Shown: positions 18,953 to 29,159 of the stretch, piece after piece | Position numbering within the stretch: the first letter of the stretch is position 1 | Layout of the letters: each line of letters starts with the position of its first letter | Assembly (NCBI GenBank): GCA_965226495.1 | Contig: OZ245365.1 | Coordinates: forward strand, 5,248,001 to 5,312,000 | Source of the DNA: Candidatus Marinacidobacterales bacterium | GTDB taxonomy: Bacteria > Acidobacteriota > Vicinamibacteria > Marinacidobacterales > DATDRI01 | Reading direction: 5' to 3' | Length of the DNA: 64,000 nucleotides | Program-made: the position numbers and the translations under genes | The notes under the pieces: generated by a model | What the model was told of the DNA's origin: nothing | What the model saw: the letters and a program-made list of their open reading frames with translations, nothing else | Database searches by the model: none

Positions 18953-19714
18953 ATGACAAGAGGCGGCGAGACGGGACAGGCCTTCGTCGAGACCCTGCTC
19001 ATGATCTGGCTGTTGACGCTCTTGCTGTCGGCGATCTTTCAGGTTTTCCTCGTGCACAACTACACGTTCCAGATGGCGAACAACGCTTATTACAGCCTGT
19101 TCAAGGACAAAGCGTATGGGAAACACAACGATCCCGACATGGAGTTCGTCGGATTTCCGAACTGGAACAAGAAACCTCTACGCACGGTCGTTCCTCTACA
19201 ACAGGCGGGTGGCCGCGTGCACGATCTTTCCGGGGGGCCCGGTGTCAGTTGGTCCGAAGACGATCGCGCCGCGGTGCCGATGATGCCGTACTTCGAGGAA
19301 TCCATCATCGAGCAACTTCAAAACAACGGGATTACCCGCGCGCCGGTTCGACTGAAAATCGGCTCTCCGGTGTCCGGCCACAACTACCTCGATCTGAAGT
19401 TTCTCAACATGGCCATGGGGACCGAGGGCGGGTTCGGAGCGTTCGCGAACATGATCGCTTCTATCGTTGGTATCTCGACGGAACTCGGGCGCAGCTACAC
19501 GGACTACACCGACGGCTACACGGACGGCGACCTCGACGGCCTGCTCGATGACTACGACGATGAGAACGACGATCTGAATAGTCAGGATCCCGAGACGGCC
19601 CGCCGGGCGTGGGACGAGGCCCATGGCGATTTCAATCACGACGGCTACAACGACGCGTGCGAAGCGATTCGCGGGAACAACGATGCATCCTGCAGAAATA
19701 ATCGACCCTGGTAG
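18953..19714 (+). CDS. TadE-like minor pilin with acidic C-terminal domain
   Basis: ETG|QAFVE; Asp-rich tail with GDFNHDGYND and a Cys pair. Confidence 0.8.
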   Translation: MTRGGETGQAFVETLLMIWLLTLLLSAIFQVFLVHNYTFQMANNAYYSLFKDKAYGKHNDPDMEFVGFPNWNKKPLRTVVPLQQAGGRVHDLSGGPGVSWSEDDRAAVPMMPYFEESIIEQLQNNGITRAPVRLKIGSPVSGHNYLDLKFLNMAMGTEGGFGAFANMIASIVGISTELGRSYTDYTDGYTDGDLDGLLDDYDDENDDLNSQDPETARRAWDEAHGDFNHDGYNDACEAIRGNNDASCRNNRPW

Positions 19715-19741
19715 GGACGCCAAGGAAGTTAAGGAGAGCCC

Positions 19742-20561
19742 ATGAAAGGCAAGCCCGCCATCATCATTTCGCTCTTGTTCGGACTCCTGGCCTGGGTATT
19801 CGTTTGGCTGTATCTCACCACTCGAGAGCGCGAGCTCCTGGAAATCGCGGATCAGAGGCCGGTGGTGGTGGCGGCCACCGACATCCTCCCGGGAACGGCT
19901 ATCGAAGAAAATATGATCGCCGAGACCCAGGTGCCGCTGAAGTTCCTCCAGCCCGGTGCGTTCTCCTCGATCCGCGACGCCGTCGGCCAGGTGCCCGCGG
20001 TGCCCATTCAGGAAGGCGGCCAGATTACCGGAACGTCGATGACGGGCGTGGGCCGCTCACTCTCCACGAAGATCCCGCGCGGGCGGCGCGCGGTGTCCCT
20101 TGCGGTGACCGAACGTCACCGGCGTATCGAGCCTCGTCCGGCCGAGCAACTATGTCGACGTGCTCGCCACGTTGAAGCTAGGTACCGCACCCGGCTCGAC
20201 CGATCAGCGCACGTTCGTAATGACCGTGTTCCAAAACGTTCTGGTGCTCGCGGTCGGGCAGGACATGGGCACGGTGACCGAGCGCTCGGCCGACGACGAC
20301 GGACTGTCAGCGCTGTCCGGGAGCCAGAGTCAAGCGTTCAATACGGTCACGCTCGCGCTTTCCCCCAGCCAGGTTCAGGATTTGGTCCTGGCTCAAGACA
20401 TCGGTGACGTGTCGCTCTCCCTGCGCTCGTTTCGCGAAGGAGAGCAGCCCGTCGACCTCGAACGCTCGGTGCCAAGTAGTGTATTCGGTGTAGACGACAG
20501 CGCGATCATGCCGCGGCGCGTGCCGTCGTGGCAAGAAATTCGCGGCAGCTCGAGCAGATAA
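19742..20561 (+). CDS. cpaB: Flp pilus assembly protein CpaB/RcpC, frameshifted near 20112 (probable sequence error)
   Basis: SAF domain VVVAATDILPG, IP.GRRAVS, VFQNVLVLAVGQ, LSLR. Confidence 0.88.
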
Positions 20562-20630
20562 GCGGGCTCGCGCCTTGAAGTTTGCCTGTGCACGGCGGCA
20601 TATCTGACGGGCTTGGAAGGAGAACTGACG

Positions 20631-21929
20631 ATGAGGGCAAAAACGCTTCGAGGCGGTCCTCTAGCACTGGTCGCCCTGGGACTCGCGTACACTCTCGCGA
20701 CGGCCTCCTGGGCTAGCCAGCAAGCGGAAGAAACGGTCATGGTCGGAGGGCAGAAGCTCCTGCGGCTCAATGCTCCCGTCGGCCGGGTCGCGATTGGCGA
20801 CGACGAAGTGGCGGATTTTCGCGTGCTCGAAAATCGTCGCGAAGTACTGATCCTCGGGCGCCGTCCGGGGCAAACGTCGCTCACCATCTGGGATCAACAG
20901 GGGAGCATACAGCGTGAGGTCAGCGTGCGCGTGCGCCCCTCCTCGGGAAGCGCCCGGCAGATCATCGACGAGCTCGAACAGCTCATCGGCGGTATCGAGG
21001 GCCTCGAGTATCGCGAAGTCGGCGGCATCGTGTGGCTCGAAGGCGAGGTCCTGACCGAGCGCGACCTCGAGCGCATCGGCAGGGTGCTCGAGGGTTATCC
21101 CGAGGTGCGGACCCTCGTCGAGCTCTCCCCCATCACCGCGGAGATGATGGACCGCGCCGCGGCCGATGCAGTCAAGACGGTTCAGTTGGACGTCACCATC
21201 ATGGAGGTCGATAAGAGCCTCATGCGTAATCTCGGCGTGCGCTGGTCGTCGTCGATCTCCCCGCAGTCGGCGCTCCCGTTCGAGGGCGGCAGCATCGGCC
21301 CCATCACCGGCGTGATCAAAAATCTCCTGCCGAGCCTCGACATGATCACGAGCTCTGGCAGAGGACGGGTGCTGTCGCGGGCCACGCTCATCACCAGGAG
21401 CGGTCAGCCGGCCGAGCTCTTCGTCGGCGGTGAGATCCCGATCCCGGTTGCACAGGGGGGCGGCGCCATCAGCATCGAGTACAAGGAGTACGGCGTGAAG
21501 CTCGAGTTCGAGCCCTTCGTGGACACGCAGGACAACATCGACACCAGGATTTTCGTCGAGACCAGCAACCTCGGCGGGGCGGCGCCCGGCGGAGGCGCCC
21601 CGGGCCTCATCACCAGTCGGGTGAGCACTAACGTGTTCGTGGAACCGGGCGATAGCATCACCCTCGGCGGGCTCGTCAAATCGGAAGATGCGCAGCGCAT
21701 CGACAAAGTACCTGGCCTCGGGAACATCCCGGTGCTCGGGAACTTGTTCAAGTCGAAGAGCTACGTGCGCAACGAGACCGAGCTCGTCATCTTCGCGACG
21801 CCGCGCGTCGTCTCCGCCTCCGAGGCGGGTGGTGAGCTGCGCGACAAAGTGACGGCCGACTTCGAGGAGTTCGACGAGATCGAGTCGTTCGACCGGAACA
21901 AAGACAAGAAGAAGAAAAAGGATCCCTAA
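20631..21929 (+). CDS. cpaC: Tad secretin CpaC/RcpA
   Basis: RVAIGDDEVAD N-domain, GGEIPIP, YKEYGVKLEFEP, KVPGLGNIPVLGNLFKS, ETELVIFATP. Confidence 0.93.
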   Translation: MRAKTLRGGPLALVALGLAYTLATASWASQQAEETVMVGGQKLLRLNAPVGRVAIGDDEVADFRVLENRREVLILGRRPGQTSLTIWDQQGSIQREVSVRVRPSSGSARQIIDELEQLIGGIEGLEYREVGGIVWLEGEVLTERDLERIGRVLEGYPEVRTLVELSPITAEMMDRAAADAVKTVQLDVTIMEVDKSLMRNLGVRWSSSISPQSALPFEGGSIGPITGVIKNLLPSLDMITSSGRGRVLSRATLITRSGQPAELFVGGEIPIPVAQGGGAISIEYKEYGVKLEFEPFVDTQDNIDTRIFVETSNLGGAAPGGGAPGLITSRVSTNVFVEPGDSITLGGLVKSEDAQRIDKVPGLGNIPVLGNLFKSKSYVRNETELVIFATPRVVSASEAGGELRDKVTADFEEFDEIESFDRNKDKKKKKDP

Positions 21930-21960
21930 CGCCTGAAGGCAGAAGGCAGCTGCAACGTCA

Positions 21961-24108
21961 ATGGCAGGTACTGCGATAAGCGTTCTCTCTGTCAAAGGGG
22001 GCGGAGGTGCGACCTTGGTCGCGAGCAACCTCGCCGTTTCGCTCAAGCGCGAGACGCGCGGGAACGTCGCGCTGGTGGACCTCGGCCATCCACTTCCCGG
22101 CACGGTGTCGCTCTATCTCGGTCTCCAGGAAACCAAAGCCATCGCCGACATCGTCCCGCTTCTCGACCGGCTTCAGCCCGCACTCCTCAAGGGCTATCTG
22201 ACCACGCACTCCTCGGGGGTCGCGGTCGTGCCGGCGGCGAACGACTCGCTCCAGGAAAAAATTCTGTCGCCGGAGAAGCTAGAGCGTTTCGTCGAGCTCC
22301 TACTACGTGCGTACGACTACGTCGTCATCGATCTCGCCTCGACCCTCTCCGAGGACGTCATACAGATTCTGGACGCGAGCGCCCTGGTGTGCCTCGTGGT
22401 CACCCCCGACGTCGGTTCGGTGACGCAGGGCTACCGCGCCGTCGAGTACCTGCAGTCGTATCACTTCTCGCGAGACATGATGCGGCTGGTGCTCAACCGC
22501 TACGGGACTCAGATGCGCTTTCCGCCCGAGACCATCGAGGAGAGCGTGGGCCTTCCCATCGCGCTCTACCTGCCGCAGGATGCGGACCTGGTCGAACAAT
22601 CGATCTCGGATGCGGAGCCGTTCGTCACCGGCTCGCCCCGCCACCCGGTGAGCAAAGCTCTCGACGGTTTCACCCAGCAGATCGTCGCCGACCTCGGCGA
22701 CGGCTCAGTTGTCGCCCAACTGGGTGAGCCCCGCCGCGCCCGCGGGGACGCTCCCCGCCGTGCCGCCGAGGCGAACGACGCGACCGACGCCGATGCTCCG
22801 GTGGAGTCGACGAAGGAGCAGGAAGAGACTCGCGACATCAAGATCCGGATCCACCGCCGTCTAATCGACGAAATCGACTTCAAGAAGGCGGACCTCGAGG
22901 CCGCCAAGGATCCGAAGAAAAAATCGAAGCTGCGGGGGAAGACCGAGGTCAAGATCGTGAGCCTTCTCGACGAAGAGGCGAAGGGGCTCACCGACCGGGA
23001 ACAGCGCAAACGCCTGGTGGAGGAGATCCTCGACGAGGCCCTCGGACTCGGGCCTCTCGAAGCGCTGCTGCGAGATCCCGACGTCACAGAGATCATGGTG
23101 AACGGCATCGATCACGTGTATGCCGAGCGCAAGGGCAAGATCGTTCTGACCGGCAGCAGCTTTCTGACGGAAGACCAGCTGCGCGCGATCATCGAGCGTA
23201 TCGTGACCCCCCTCGGCCGCCGCATCGACGAGAAGTCACCGATGGTGGATGCGCGCCTCGAGGACGGCTCGCGGGTGAACGCCATCATACGGCCGCTCGC
23301 CATCGACGGCCCGAGCCTCACCATCCGCAAGTTCTCGAAGACGCCGTTCGGCGTGCCCGATCTGATTCGCTTCGGCTCGTTCACACCCCAGATGGCTCAG
23401 TTTTTCGAGGCGGCGGTGCTCGCGCGGCAGAACATCTTGATCTCGGGCGGCACCGGCTCGGGCAAAACGACTTTTTTGAACGTGCTGTCGAGCTACATCC
23501 CCCATGACGACCGCATCGTGACCATCGAAGACTCGGCCGAGCTGCAGCTCCCGCAAGAACACGTCGTGCGGCTCGAGTCGCGTCCGCCGAACATCGAAGG
23601 CGAGGGTGCGGTGACCATCCGCGATCTCGTCCGCAACGCACTGCGCATGCGCCCCGATCGTATCGTTGTCGGCGAGTGCCGCGCGGGCGAAGCGCTCGAC
23701 ATGCTGCAGGCTATGAACACCGGCCATGACGGGTCTCTCACCACGGTGCATGCCAACACGCCGAGAGATGCGCTCTCCCGTCTCGAGACGATGAGCCTGA
23801 TGGCGGGGCTCGATCTGCCGTCGCGCGCCATCCGCGAGCAAATCGGCTCGGCGGTGGATCTCGTGTTCCAGCAGTCACGGTTATCGGACGGAAGTCGGCG
23901 GGTGACGCACGTCGCGGAGGTCACCGGGCGCGAAGGCGACGTCTTCACCATGGGGGATATTTTCTTGTTCAAGCAGACGGGGATCGCGCCCGACGGCAAA
24001 GTCCAAGGCCAGTTCGTGCCCACGGGAGTCATCCCGAAGTTCATCGACAGCTTACAGCGTCGCGGTATCAAAGTGCCGCGAGAGATCTTCCTGCATCAAA
24101 CGGCGTGA
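21961..24108 (+). CDS. cpaF: Fused CpaE/TadZ (MinD/ParA-like) and CpaF/TadA ATPase
   Basis: N-half SVKGGGGAT and YDYVVIDL; C-half [38 protein letters not shown]. Confidence 0.93.
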   Translation: MAGTAISVLSVKGGGGATLVASNLAVSLKRETRGNVALVDLGHPLPGTVSLYLGLQETKAIADIVPLLDRLQPALLKGYLTTHSSGVAVVPAANDSLQEKILSPEKLERFVELLLRAYDYVVIDLASTLSEDVIQILDASALVCLVVTPDVGSVTQGYRAVEYLQSYHFSRDMMRLVLNRYGTQMRFPPETIEESVGLPIALYLPQDADLVEQSISDAEPFVTGSPRHPVSKALDGFTQQIVADLGDGSVVAQLGEPRRARGDAPRRAAEANDATDADAPVESTKEQEETRDIKIRIHRRLIDEIDFKKADLEAAKDPKKKSKLRGKTEVKIVSLLDEEAKGLTDREQRKRLVEEILDEALGLGPLEALLRDPDVTEIMVNGIDHVYAERKGKIVLTGSSFLTEDQLRAIIERIVTPLGRRIDEKSPMVDARLEDGSRVNAIIRPLAIDGPSLTIRKFSKTPFGVPDLIRFGSFTPQMAQFFEAAVLARQNILISGGTGSGKTTFLNVLSSYIPHDDRIVTIEDSAELQLPQEHVVRLESRPPNIEGEGAVTIRDLVRNALRMRPDRIVVGECRAGEALDMLQAMNTGHDGSLTTVHANTPRDALSRLETMSLMAGLDLPSRAIREQIGSAVDLVFQQSRLSDGSRRVTHVAEVTGREGDVFTMGDIFLFKQTGIAPDGKVQGQFVPTGVIPKFIDSLQRRGIKVPREIFLHQTA

Positions 24109-24115
24109 GGTAGCC

Positions 24116-24975
24116 ATGTCGGTCCTGTTGAAATTCATCGCCACGATCATGGTCGCGAGCGCGGTGAGCTTCACCGCGTGGGCGATCCTGCGGCCCGTCT
24201 CCGAGTGGTGGGACCGGTATTTGATCAAGTGGAGCCGGTGGATGCAGCTCGAGCTCGAGGCGATGCACTACGGCGTGCCTCGACACCGATGCCGCCAAAT
24301 CCTCGCCTACACGCGTACTGTTCCTGTCGGTTCTCGGGTTTCTCGTGAACTACAGCGTGTTTTTCGCGCTCGTCTTCGGCGGACTCGGTCTCCTGGTGCC
24401 GCGCTGGGGCATCGGCTTTCTGCGCACGCGGAGGCTCAACCGCATCAACGAGCAGCTGGGTGAAGCGCTGACGCTGGTGTCGAACTCGCTACGTTCAGGC
24501 CTCAGTCTGCAGCAGGGCATCGAGCTCGTCGTCGGAGGAGATGGACGCGCCCATCTCCGAGGAGTTCGCGACCGTGGTGAAGGAGACGAAGCTCGGTCTT
24601 CCTTTCGACGAGGCGCTCCAGAATCTCGCCGAGCGGGTGCCGACGCCGGATCTCGACATGGTGGTCACGTCCATCGTCACCATCCGCGAGACCGGCGCCA
24701 ATCTGGCCGAGGTCTTCGACGTCATCGCCCACACGGTGCGCGAGCGGAAAAAAGTGGAGGGGAAGATCAAGGCGATGACGGCCGAGGGCATGACCCAGGG
24801 GGTGATGATGTGCGGCGTTCCGCCGGTCCTGATCATCACGTTCTACTTTCTCGATCCCGCGCTCGTCGAGCCTTTGTTCAATACGGTCCTCGGCATCTTG
24901 ATGCTCGTCATCATCGCCTCGCTCGATGCGATGGGGATGTGGATGATCCTGAACACGGTGAAGATCGATGTGTGA
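24116..24975 (+). CDS. tadB: TadB inner-membrane platform protein, two frameshifts (about 24312 and 24535, probable errors)
   Basis: QLGEAL.LVSNSLRSGLSL, PISEEF, ETGANLAEV, KIKAMTAEG spread over three frames. Confidence 0.85.
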
Positions 24976-25210
24976 CGACGGCACGATGAGATCGAGAGCG
25001 GGCTCGGGCGAAGCGGGTGCTGCCATGATCGAATATGTCTTGCTCCTCGGCTTCGTCACCGCGCTCATCGTGTTTCTGTTCGCGCTTCTCTATCCGAGCG
25101 CCGGCGACGACATCGAGACGCTCGTGAACCAGTGGGGCGACAAGATCGCAACCGAGATTGCAGGGGACAAGATCTCGAAAGGCAATGCCGACGCGTGGGG
25201 GCAAAACTGA
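24968..25210 (+). CDS. flp: Flp family pilin located between tadB and tadC
   Basis: EAG|AAMIEYVLLLG Flp motif. Confidence 0.8.
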   Translation: MCDDGTMRSRAGSGEAGAAMIEYVLLLGFVTALIVFLFALLYPSAGDDIETLVNQWGDKIATEIAGDKISKGNADAWGQN

Positions 25211-25211
25211 C

Positions 25212-26105
25212 GTGCAGCTTTCATCCTTACTACTGTTGCTCGCGTACGTAACGACGTTCCTGTCGGTCTCGCTCGTTATCTACCTGCTACTCCCGGACTT
25301 TCGGCGCCGCGCGGCTCTCGCCCGGCTCGGGGCGGCCGAGGGCAAGGAGCCCATCGACTCACCGCTACTTTCGCTGATGCACCCGATGCTCCGTGCCATC
25401 GCCCCCTGGGTAGCGCACTACAAGCTGGTCTCGTATCGCGCGTCGAAGGAAAAACAAATTGCGGGCGCCGGACTCAAGGACGCGTTGACCGTCGACGAAT
25501 TCCTCGCGTGGAAGGTCGTGTTCGCGATCAGCGGCCCGCTCTTGACGGCGTTCCTGTTCCAGTTCGCGCGCCACCCCCTGATGATCGTCATCCTCGCCAT
25601 TTTGTTCTCGTTCCTTCCCGATTTCCTCTTGAAGGACATGGTGACGAAGCGCCAGCGCGCGATCGTAAGGGCGCTCCCATTCTCCGTGGATTTGTTGACG
25701 CTGGTGGTCGAAGCGGGACTCGACTTTTCGCAAGGCATCCAGCGGGTCGTTGAGCGCGGGCCTGAGGGGCCGCTCAGGGACGAGCTGTCGCTGATGATGC
25801 GCGAGATCCGTCTCGGGACCACACGCTCCGAAGCGCTGCGCTCGCTCGGCAAACGTTGCGGTGTTACCGAAGTCTCAGCGTTCACATCGGTGTTGGTCCA
25901 GGCGGATCGTCTGGGTGCCTCCATCGGCGCCGTCCTGAGAGCGCAGGCGGACGTCATGCGCTCGGAGCGTTTCGTGCGCGCGGAGAAAGCGGGCGCCCGC
26001 GCATCGAGCCTCATTCTCATGCCTCTGGTAATCTTCATCCTCCCGGCGGCCCTTCTGGTCATCGTGGGTCCGGTGCTTCTCCGTTTCGTCTACGGCATCG
26101 GATAG
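25212..26105 (+). CDS. tadC: TadC inner-membrane platform protein
   Basis: LPFSVDLLTLVVEAGLDF, QADRLGASIGAVLRAQA, RAEKAG, PLVIFILPA. Confidence 0.92.
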   Translation: MQLSSLLLLLAYVTTFLSVSLVIYLLLPDFRRRAALARLGAAEGKEPIDSPLLSLMHPMLRAIAPWVAHYKLVSYRASKEKQIAGAGLKDALTVDEFLAWKVVFAISGPLLTAFLFQFARHPLMIVILAILFSFLPDFLLKDMVTKRQRAIVRALPFSVDLLTLVVEAGLDFSQGIQRVVERGPEGPLRDELSLMMREIRLGTTRSEALRSLGKRCGVTEVSAFTSVLVQADRLGASIGAVLRAQADVMRSERFVRAEKAGARASSLILMPLVIFILPAALLVIVGPVLLRFVYGIG

Positions 26106-26120
26106 CGGGGCTCGGATCTT

Positions 26121-27974
26121 TTGAAACGGCTGATCATCCGACATGGCGAGCGTGTCATCCGGCACGAGCTCGGCGACCAACCGGTGACCATCGGCCGGGA
26201 CCTTGAGTGCGATCTCTTCTTCTCCGACCAGCTCCTCTCACGCCAGCACTGCCGTATCGAGGCCACACCCGAGGGCGTGCGCTACGAGGATCTCGGAAGC
26301 CGTAACGGGAGCTTTTTGGACTCGAAGCGCGTCGAGATCGTGAACTTGGTGCCGCACCAAACGGTGTGCCTGGGCGGGCTCGTCGTCAGCTACGAGGACG
26401 ACAGTTCCCCGAGCGGTTCCGGCGAAGACGAGACGGTGATGCTGGAGAAGAGCGCGCCCGACGAAGACGAGACGGCCATGCTCAAGGAGCGCCCTTCCGA
26501 GCCGACGCCGAAGAGGAGCACTCCAGCGGCCGCCCCTCCGGACCCTCCACAAGACGACAAGACCCAGATTCTTCCGGTAGAGCCCGCCAAGCCCGCGGAG
26601 GACAAGACCCAGATTCTTCCCGTAAAACCTCTCAAGCCTGACGAAGCGAAGTCGAAACTTCAGAAGACCCGCGTACTGGACGCCAACGCTCTCAAGGTGG
26701 ACGTGGACAAAGTGGACCGGGGTGCTTCCGATACCAGGCTTCTGACGCGGGACGCTCGGCCGCCTCGCCAATCTTCACAGGCTCAACAGGCTCAACAGGC
26801 ACCGTCGCGTCCTGTCGACGCCCCCATGGCCGAAGAGGGCGCCGCCTCGTCAAGAGGGCGCGGCCGGTTGGCATCGTTGTCGTGGTCCGCGAAGCTTCTG
26901 TGCCTCGTCTCGAGCGTGGCGCTTCTGGTCTATCTCGTCCTCGCCTACCCCCTGGTGCGCACGCTCGGAAACGCGCTTCGGGAGGAATCGCTACGCCGGG
27001 GACGCACGCTCCTGTCGCTCACCGCGGCGACCAACGGCAACGCCGTCGGCGAAGGTCGCATCCGGGACGCCTCGGTCGACCACATTTTGCGTGAAGAGCG
27101 CGTGAAAGAAGCGCTCCTCCTCGACCTCGAAGGGAACGTGCTCGCTCCTCCGAGTCGAGCCGACGAGGTGTTGACGACGATCGACGGCATCGACGCCGAG
27201 CTCGGCAACATCCGCACGTTTTACCTCGGACGACGGGGACCCGATTACGTCATGGTGCAGCCTCTGCTGCACCGGAGTCGGCGGGTAGGCTTCGCGGTCC
27301 TCGTCTATGAAGCCGCGACCGCGTCGGCGAGCTGGGCGACGGCCGTCCTCTTTCTGGCGTTTCTCGTGCTGATCCTCGGCGTCGTCTCCGCACTCGTTTT
27401 CGGGAAGCGCATGACGCTCGAACCCCTCTCAAGTTTCCGGGACGACGTAGAGGCAGTGGTCAAAGGCGACGCGGATTACCTGCCCCCGCAGCAGGGTTTC
27501 GCCGAGCTCTCCGAGCTGGCGAGGAGCGTGAACCGGCTGATCGCGCGTGCGTTCGCCGTGAGTGCGACGCCGCCCGCGCAACCTGTGCCGGGGCAACCTG
27601 TGCCGGCTGTGCCCCTCGCTCGCCACGCGAGACCCGCTGAGACGTCTGCGAAAAGACCCATCACCGCGGCCGTCGAGACGAGCCCCCATCCCGACGCGAG
27701 GTTTTGGGTCGACGAAAACTTCATCGTGGTCCGCGCCGACGACGAAGCAGCCGCTCTCCTGGGCGCGACAGCGGCGGAGATGGAGGGTAAACACCTCATC
27801 GAAGCGGTCCCGGATCAGAAGCTTCTGGAAGTCATCCTCGACGCGGTAAACGCGCTCGAGGAGCTCCCAGCGGCGGAAACGACCGCGGAGCTCCCCGGGG
27901 GCTCGACGCTCCAGGTAACCACTTCTCGGGATCGAGATCGCGGCAGCACCGTTGTGGGCCTGCGCCGGCTATGA
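26121..27974 (+). CDS. FHA-domain membrane protein (FHA, linker, TM, periplasmic domain, TM, HAMP-like, PAS-like)
   Basis: IGRD..SRQHC..DLGSRNGS FHA motif; two TM helices; ELSELARSVNRL; C-terminal PAS-like segment. Confidence 0.85.
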   Translation: MKRLIIRHGERVIRHELGDQPVTIGRDLECDLFFSDQLLSRQHCRIEATPEGVRYEDLGSRNGSFLDSKRVEIVNLVPHQTVCLGGLVVSYEDDSSPSGSGEDETVMLEKSAPDEDETAMLKERPSEPTPKRSTPAAAPPDPPQDDKTQILPVEPAKPAEDKTQILPVKPLKPDEAKSKLQKTRVLDANALKVDVDKVDRGASDTRLLTRDARPPRQSSQAQQAQQAPSRPVDAPMAEEGAASSRGRGRLASLSWSAKLLCLVSSVALLVYLVLAYPLVRTLGNALREESLRRGRTLLSLTAATNGNAVGEGRIRDASVDHILREERVKEALLLDLEGNVLAPPSRADEVLTTIDGIDAELGNIRTFYLGRRGPDYVMVQPLLHRSRRVGFAVLVYEAATASASWATAVLFLAFLVLILGVVSALVFGKRMTLEPLSSFRDDVEAVVKGDADYLPPQQGFAELSELARSVNRLIARAFAVSATPPAQPVPGQPVPAVPLARHARPAETSAKRPITAAVETSPHPDARFWVDENFIVVRADDEAAALLGATAAEMEGKHLIEAVPDQKLLEVILDAVNALEELPAAETTAELPGGSTLQVTTSRDRDRGSTVVGLRRL

Positions 27975-28030
27975 TAAATTAGATCTTTAGAGAGCCCACG
28001 CCTCCCTCCCTAGTGACTCGATTTTGGGCA

Positions 28031-28070
28031 TTGAGCCACTGAGCCACTTGGCCGCTTAGCCGCTTAGCCG
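28031..28070 (+). repeat. Short intergenic tandem octamer repeats
   Basis: (tgagccac)x2 followed by (gccgctta)x2. Confidence 0.55.
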
Positions 28071-28112
28071 ATGATAAGAGACGAAACCCACCCGACGTTG
28101 CGGTCTCTAGAT

Positions 28113-29156
28113 ATGCCGCGACTCGTCGTCGAGCTTCCCGATGGAAAAGAAATCCAGCATCACCTGAGCGGCAAAGAGATTACCATCGGCCGCGACCCCA
28201 AAAACGGGATCGTGATTGCCGACGACTTCATGAGCAAATTCCACGCGAAGCTCATAATCTCCAAGACGAGCTTTGTCCTCGTCGACCTCGCGAGCGCCAA
28301 CAAGACCTACGTCAACGATCAGCCCATCTCCGAGGCGCCCGTACGCTACGGAGATACGATTCGTTTCGGCGCCGTGAAATGCCGTCTCGAAGCGCCCGAG
28401 AGCCACGGGAGGAAAGCGCCGCCGGTGGTGACGCCAACGCCGCGGACGCCTCCCGTGCCCCCCGTTAAAGCGCCGCAGAACGTGGCAAGCCCCAAGCCAT
28501 CGCCCCCGGTACCCGCTCCAAGGCCGAGCCCGCGCGCCGCCGCCAAGCCATCGCCCGCGACCCCTGGCTCCGCGCCGCCCCCGATCGAAGCCGACCCCAT
28601 GAAGCGGCTTCTGAGAATCGGCGGACTCCTCATCCTTGTCTCGCTCGCGCTCGCGATCATGCTGAGGGTACTGCTGGTGCCGTCTCAAGCGCCTCCCGAA
28701 TCGGGGGCGGAAGCGGGCGGAGGCACGGAGACTGCGGTGCCGCCTGCGGACACGCCGCCTTCGACGGCGACGACCCCGGCGACCCCAGTAACGGGGATGC
28801 CCGCTCCCGTCACGCCCACCGCGGCGGCGCCGGACGAGAACGCGGAGTACTACTTCGACGAAGGGCTCGCCCATCTGGACACCGGGCGGCTGCGCAAGGC
28901 GCGCGAGAGCTTCGACAGAGCGCTCGAACTCGATCCCGACCACTCGCGGGCGCGCACCCGGCTCAGCCTCCTCGAAGAAGAGATCGAGAAGAAAATGGGG
29001 CGCCACTTCGATAACGCGCGTCAAGCGTTTCAGTTCCTCCGATACGAGGAGGCGATTGCCGAGTGGGAGATGTTTTTGCTGCTCGCAGACGAGAGGGACA
29101 CGCGCTACGGCGAGGCTCAGCAGGGCATCCAGCAGGCGCAAGCGAAGCTGCGGTAA
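28113..29156 (+). CDS. FHA-domain membrane protein with Pro-rich linkers and C-terminal TPRs
   Basis: IGRD..SKFHA..DLASANKTYVN; TM helix; TPR FDRALELDPDH. Confidence 0.87.
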   Translation: MPRLVVELPDGKEIQHHLSGKEITIGRDPKNGIVIADDFMSKFHAKLIISKTSFVLVDLASANKTYVNDQPISEAPVRYGDTIRFGAVKCRLEAPESHGRKAPPVVTPTPRTPPVPPVKAPQNVASPKPSPPVPAPRPSPRAAAKPSPATPGSAPPPIEADPMKRLLRIGGLLILVSLALAIMLRVLLVPSQAPPESGAEAGGGTETAVPPADTPPSTATTPATPVTGMPAPVTPTAAAPDENAEYYFDEGLAHLDTGRLRKARESFDRALELDPDHSRARTRLSLLEEEIEKKMGRHFDNARQAFQFLRYEEAIAEWEMFLLLADERDTRYGEAQQGIQQAQAKLR

Positions 29157-29159
29157 GCC

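Noticed and set aside
17797-19002. 401-aa minus-strand ORF as a complete transposase
   Set aside because: Only about 63 codons resemble a transposase; the rest is the antisense shadow of the tadG-like gene and there is no DDE domain
20661-22103. Long antisense ORFs (also 5485..6426, 28107..29810, 31818..32750, 44785..45795)
   Set aside because: Shadow frames of well-supported GC-rich genes, with no recognisable motifs
28031-28070. Short repeats as a CRISPR array or phase-variation tract
   Set aside because: Only two copies each of two octamers, no spacers and no cas genes
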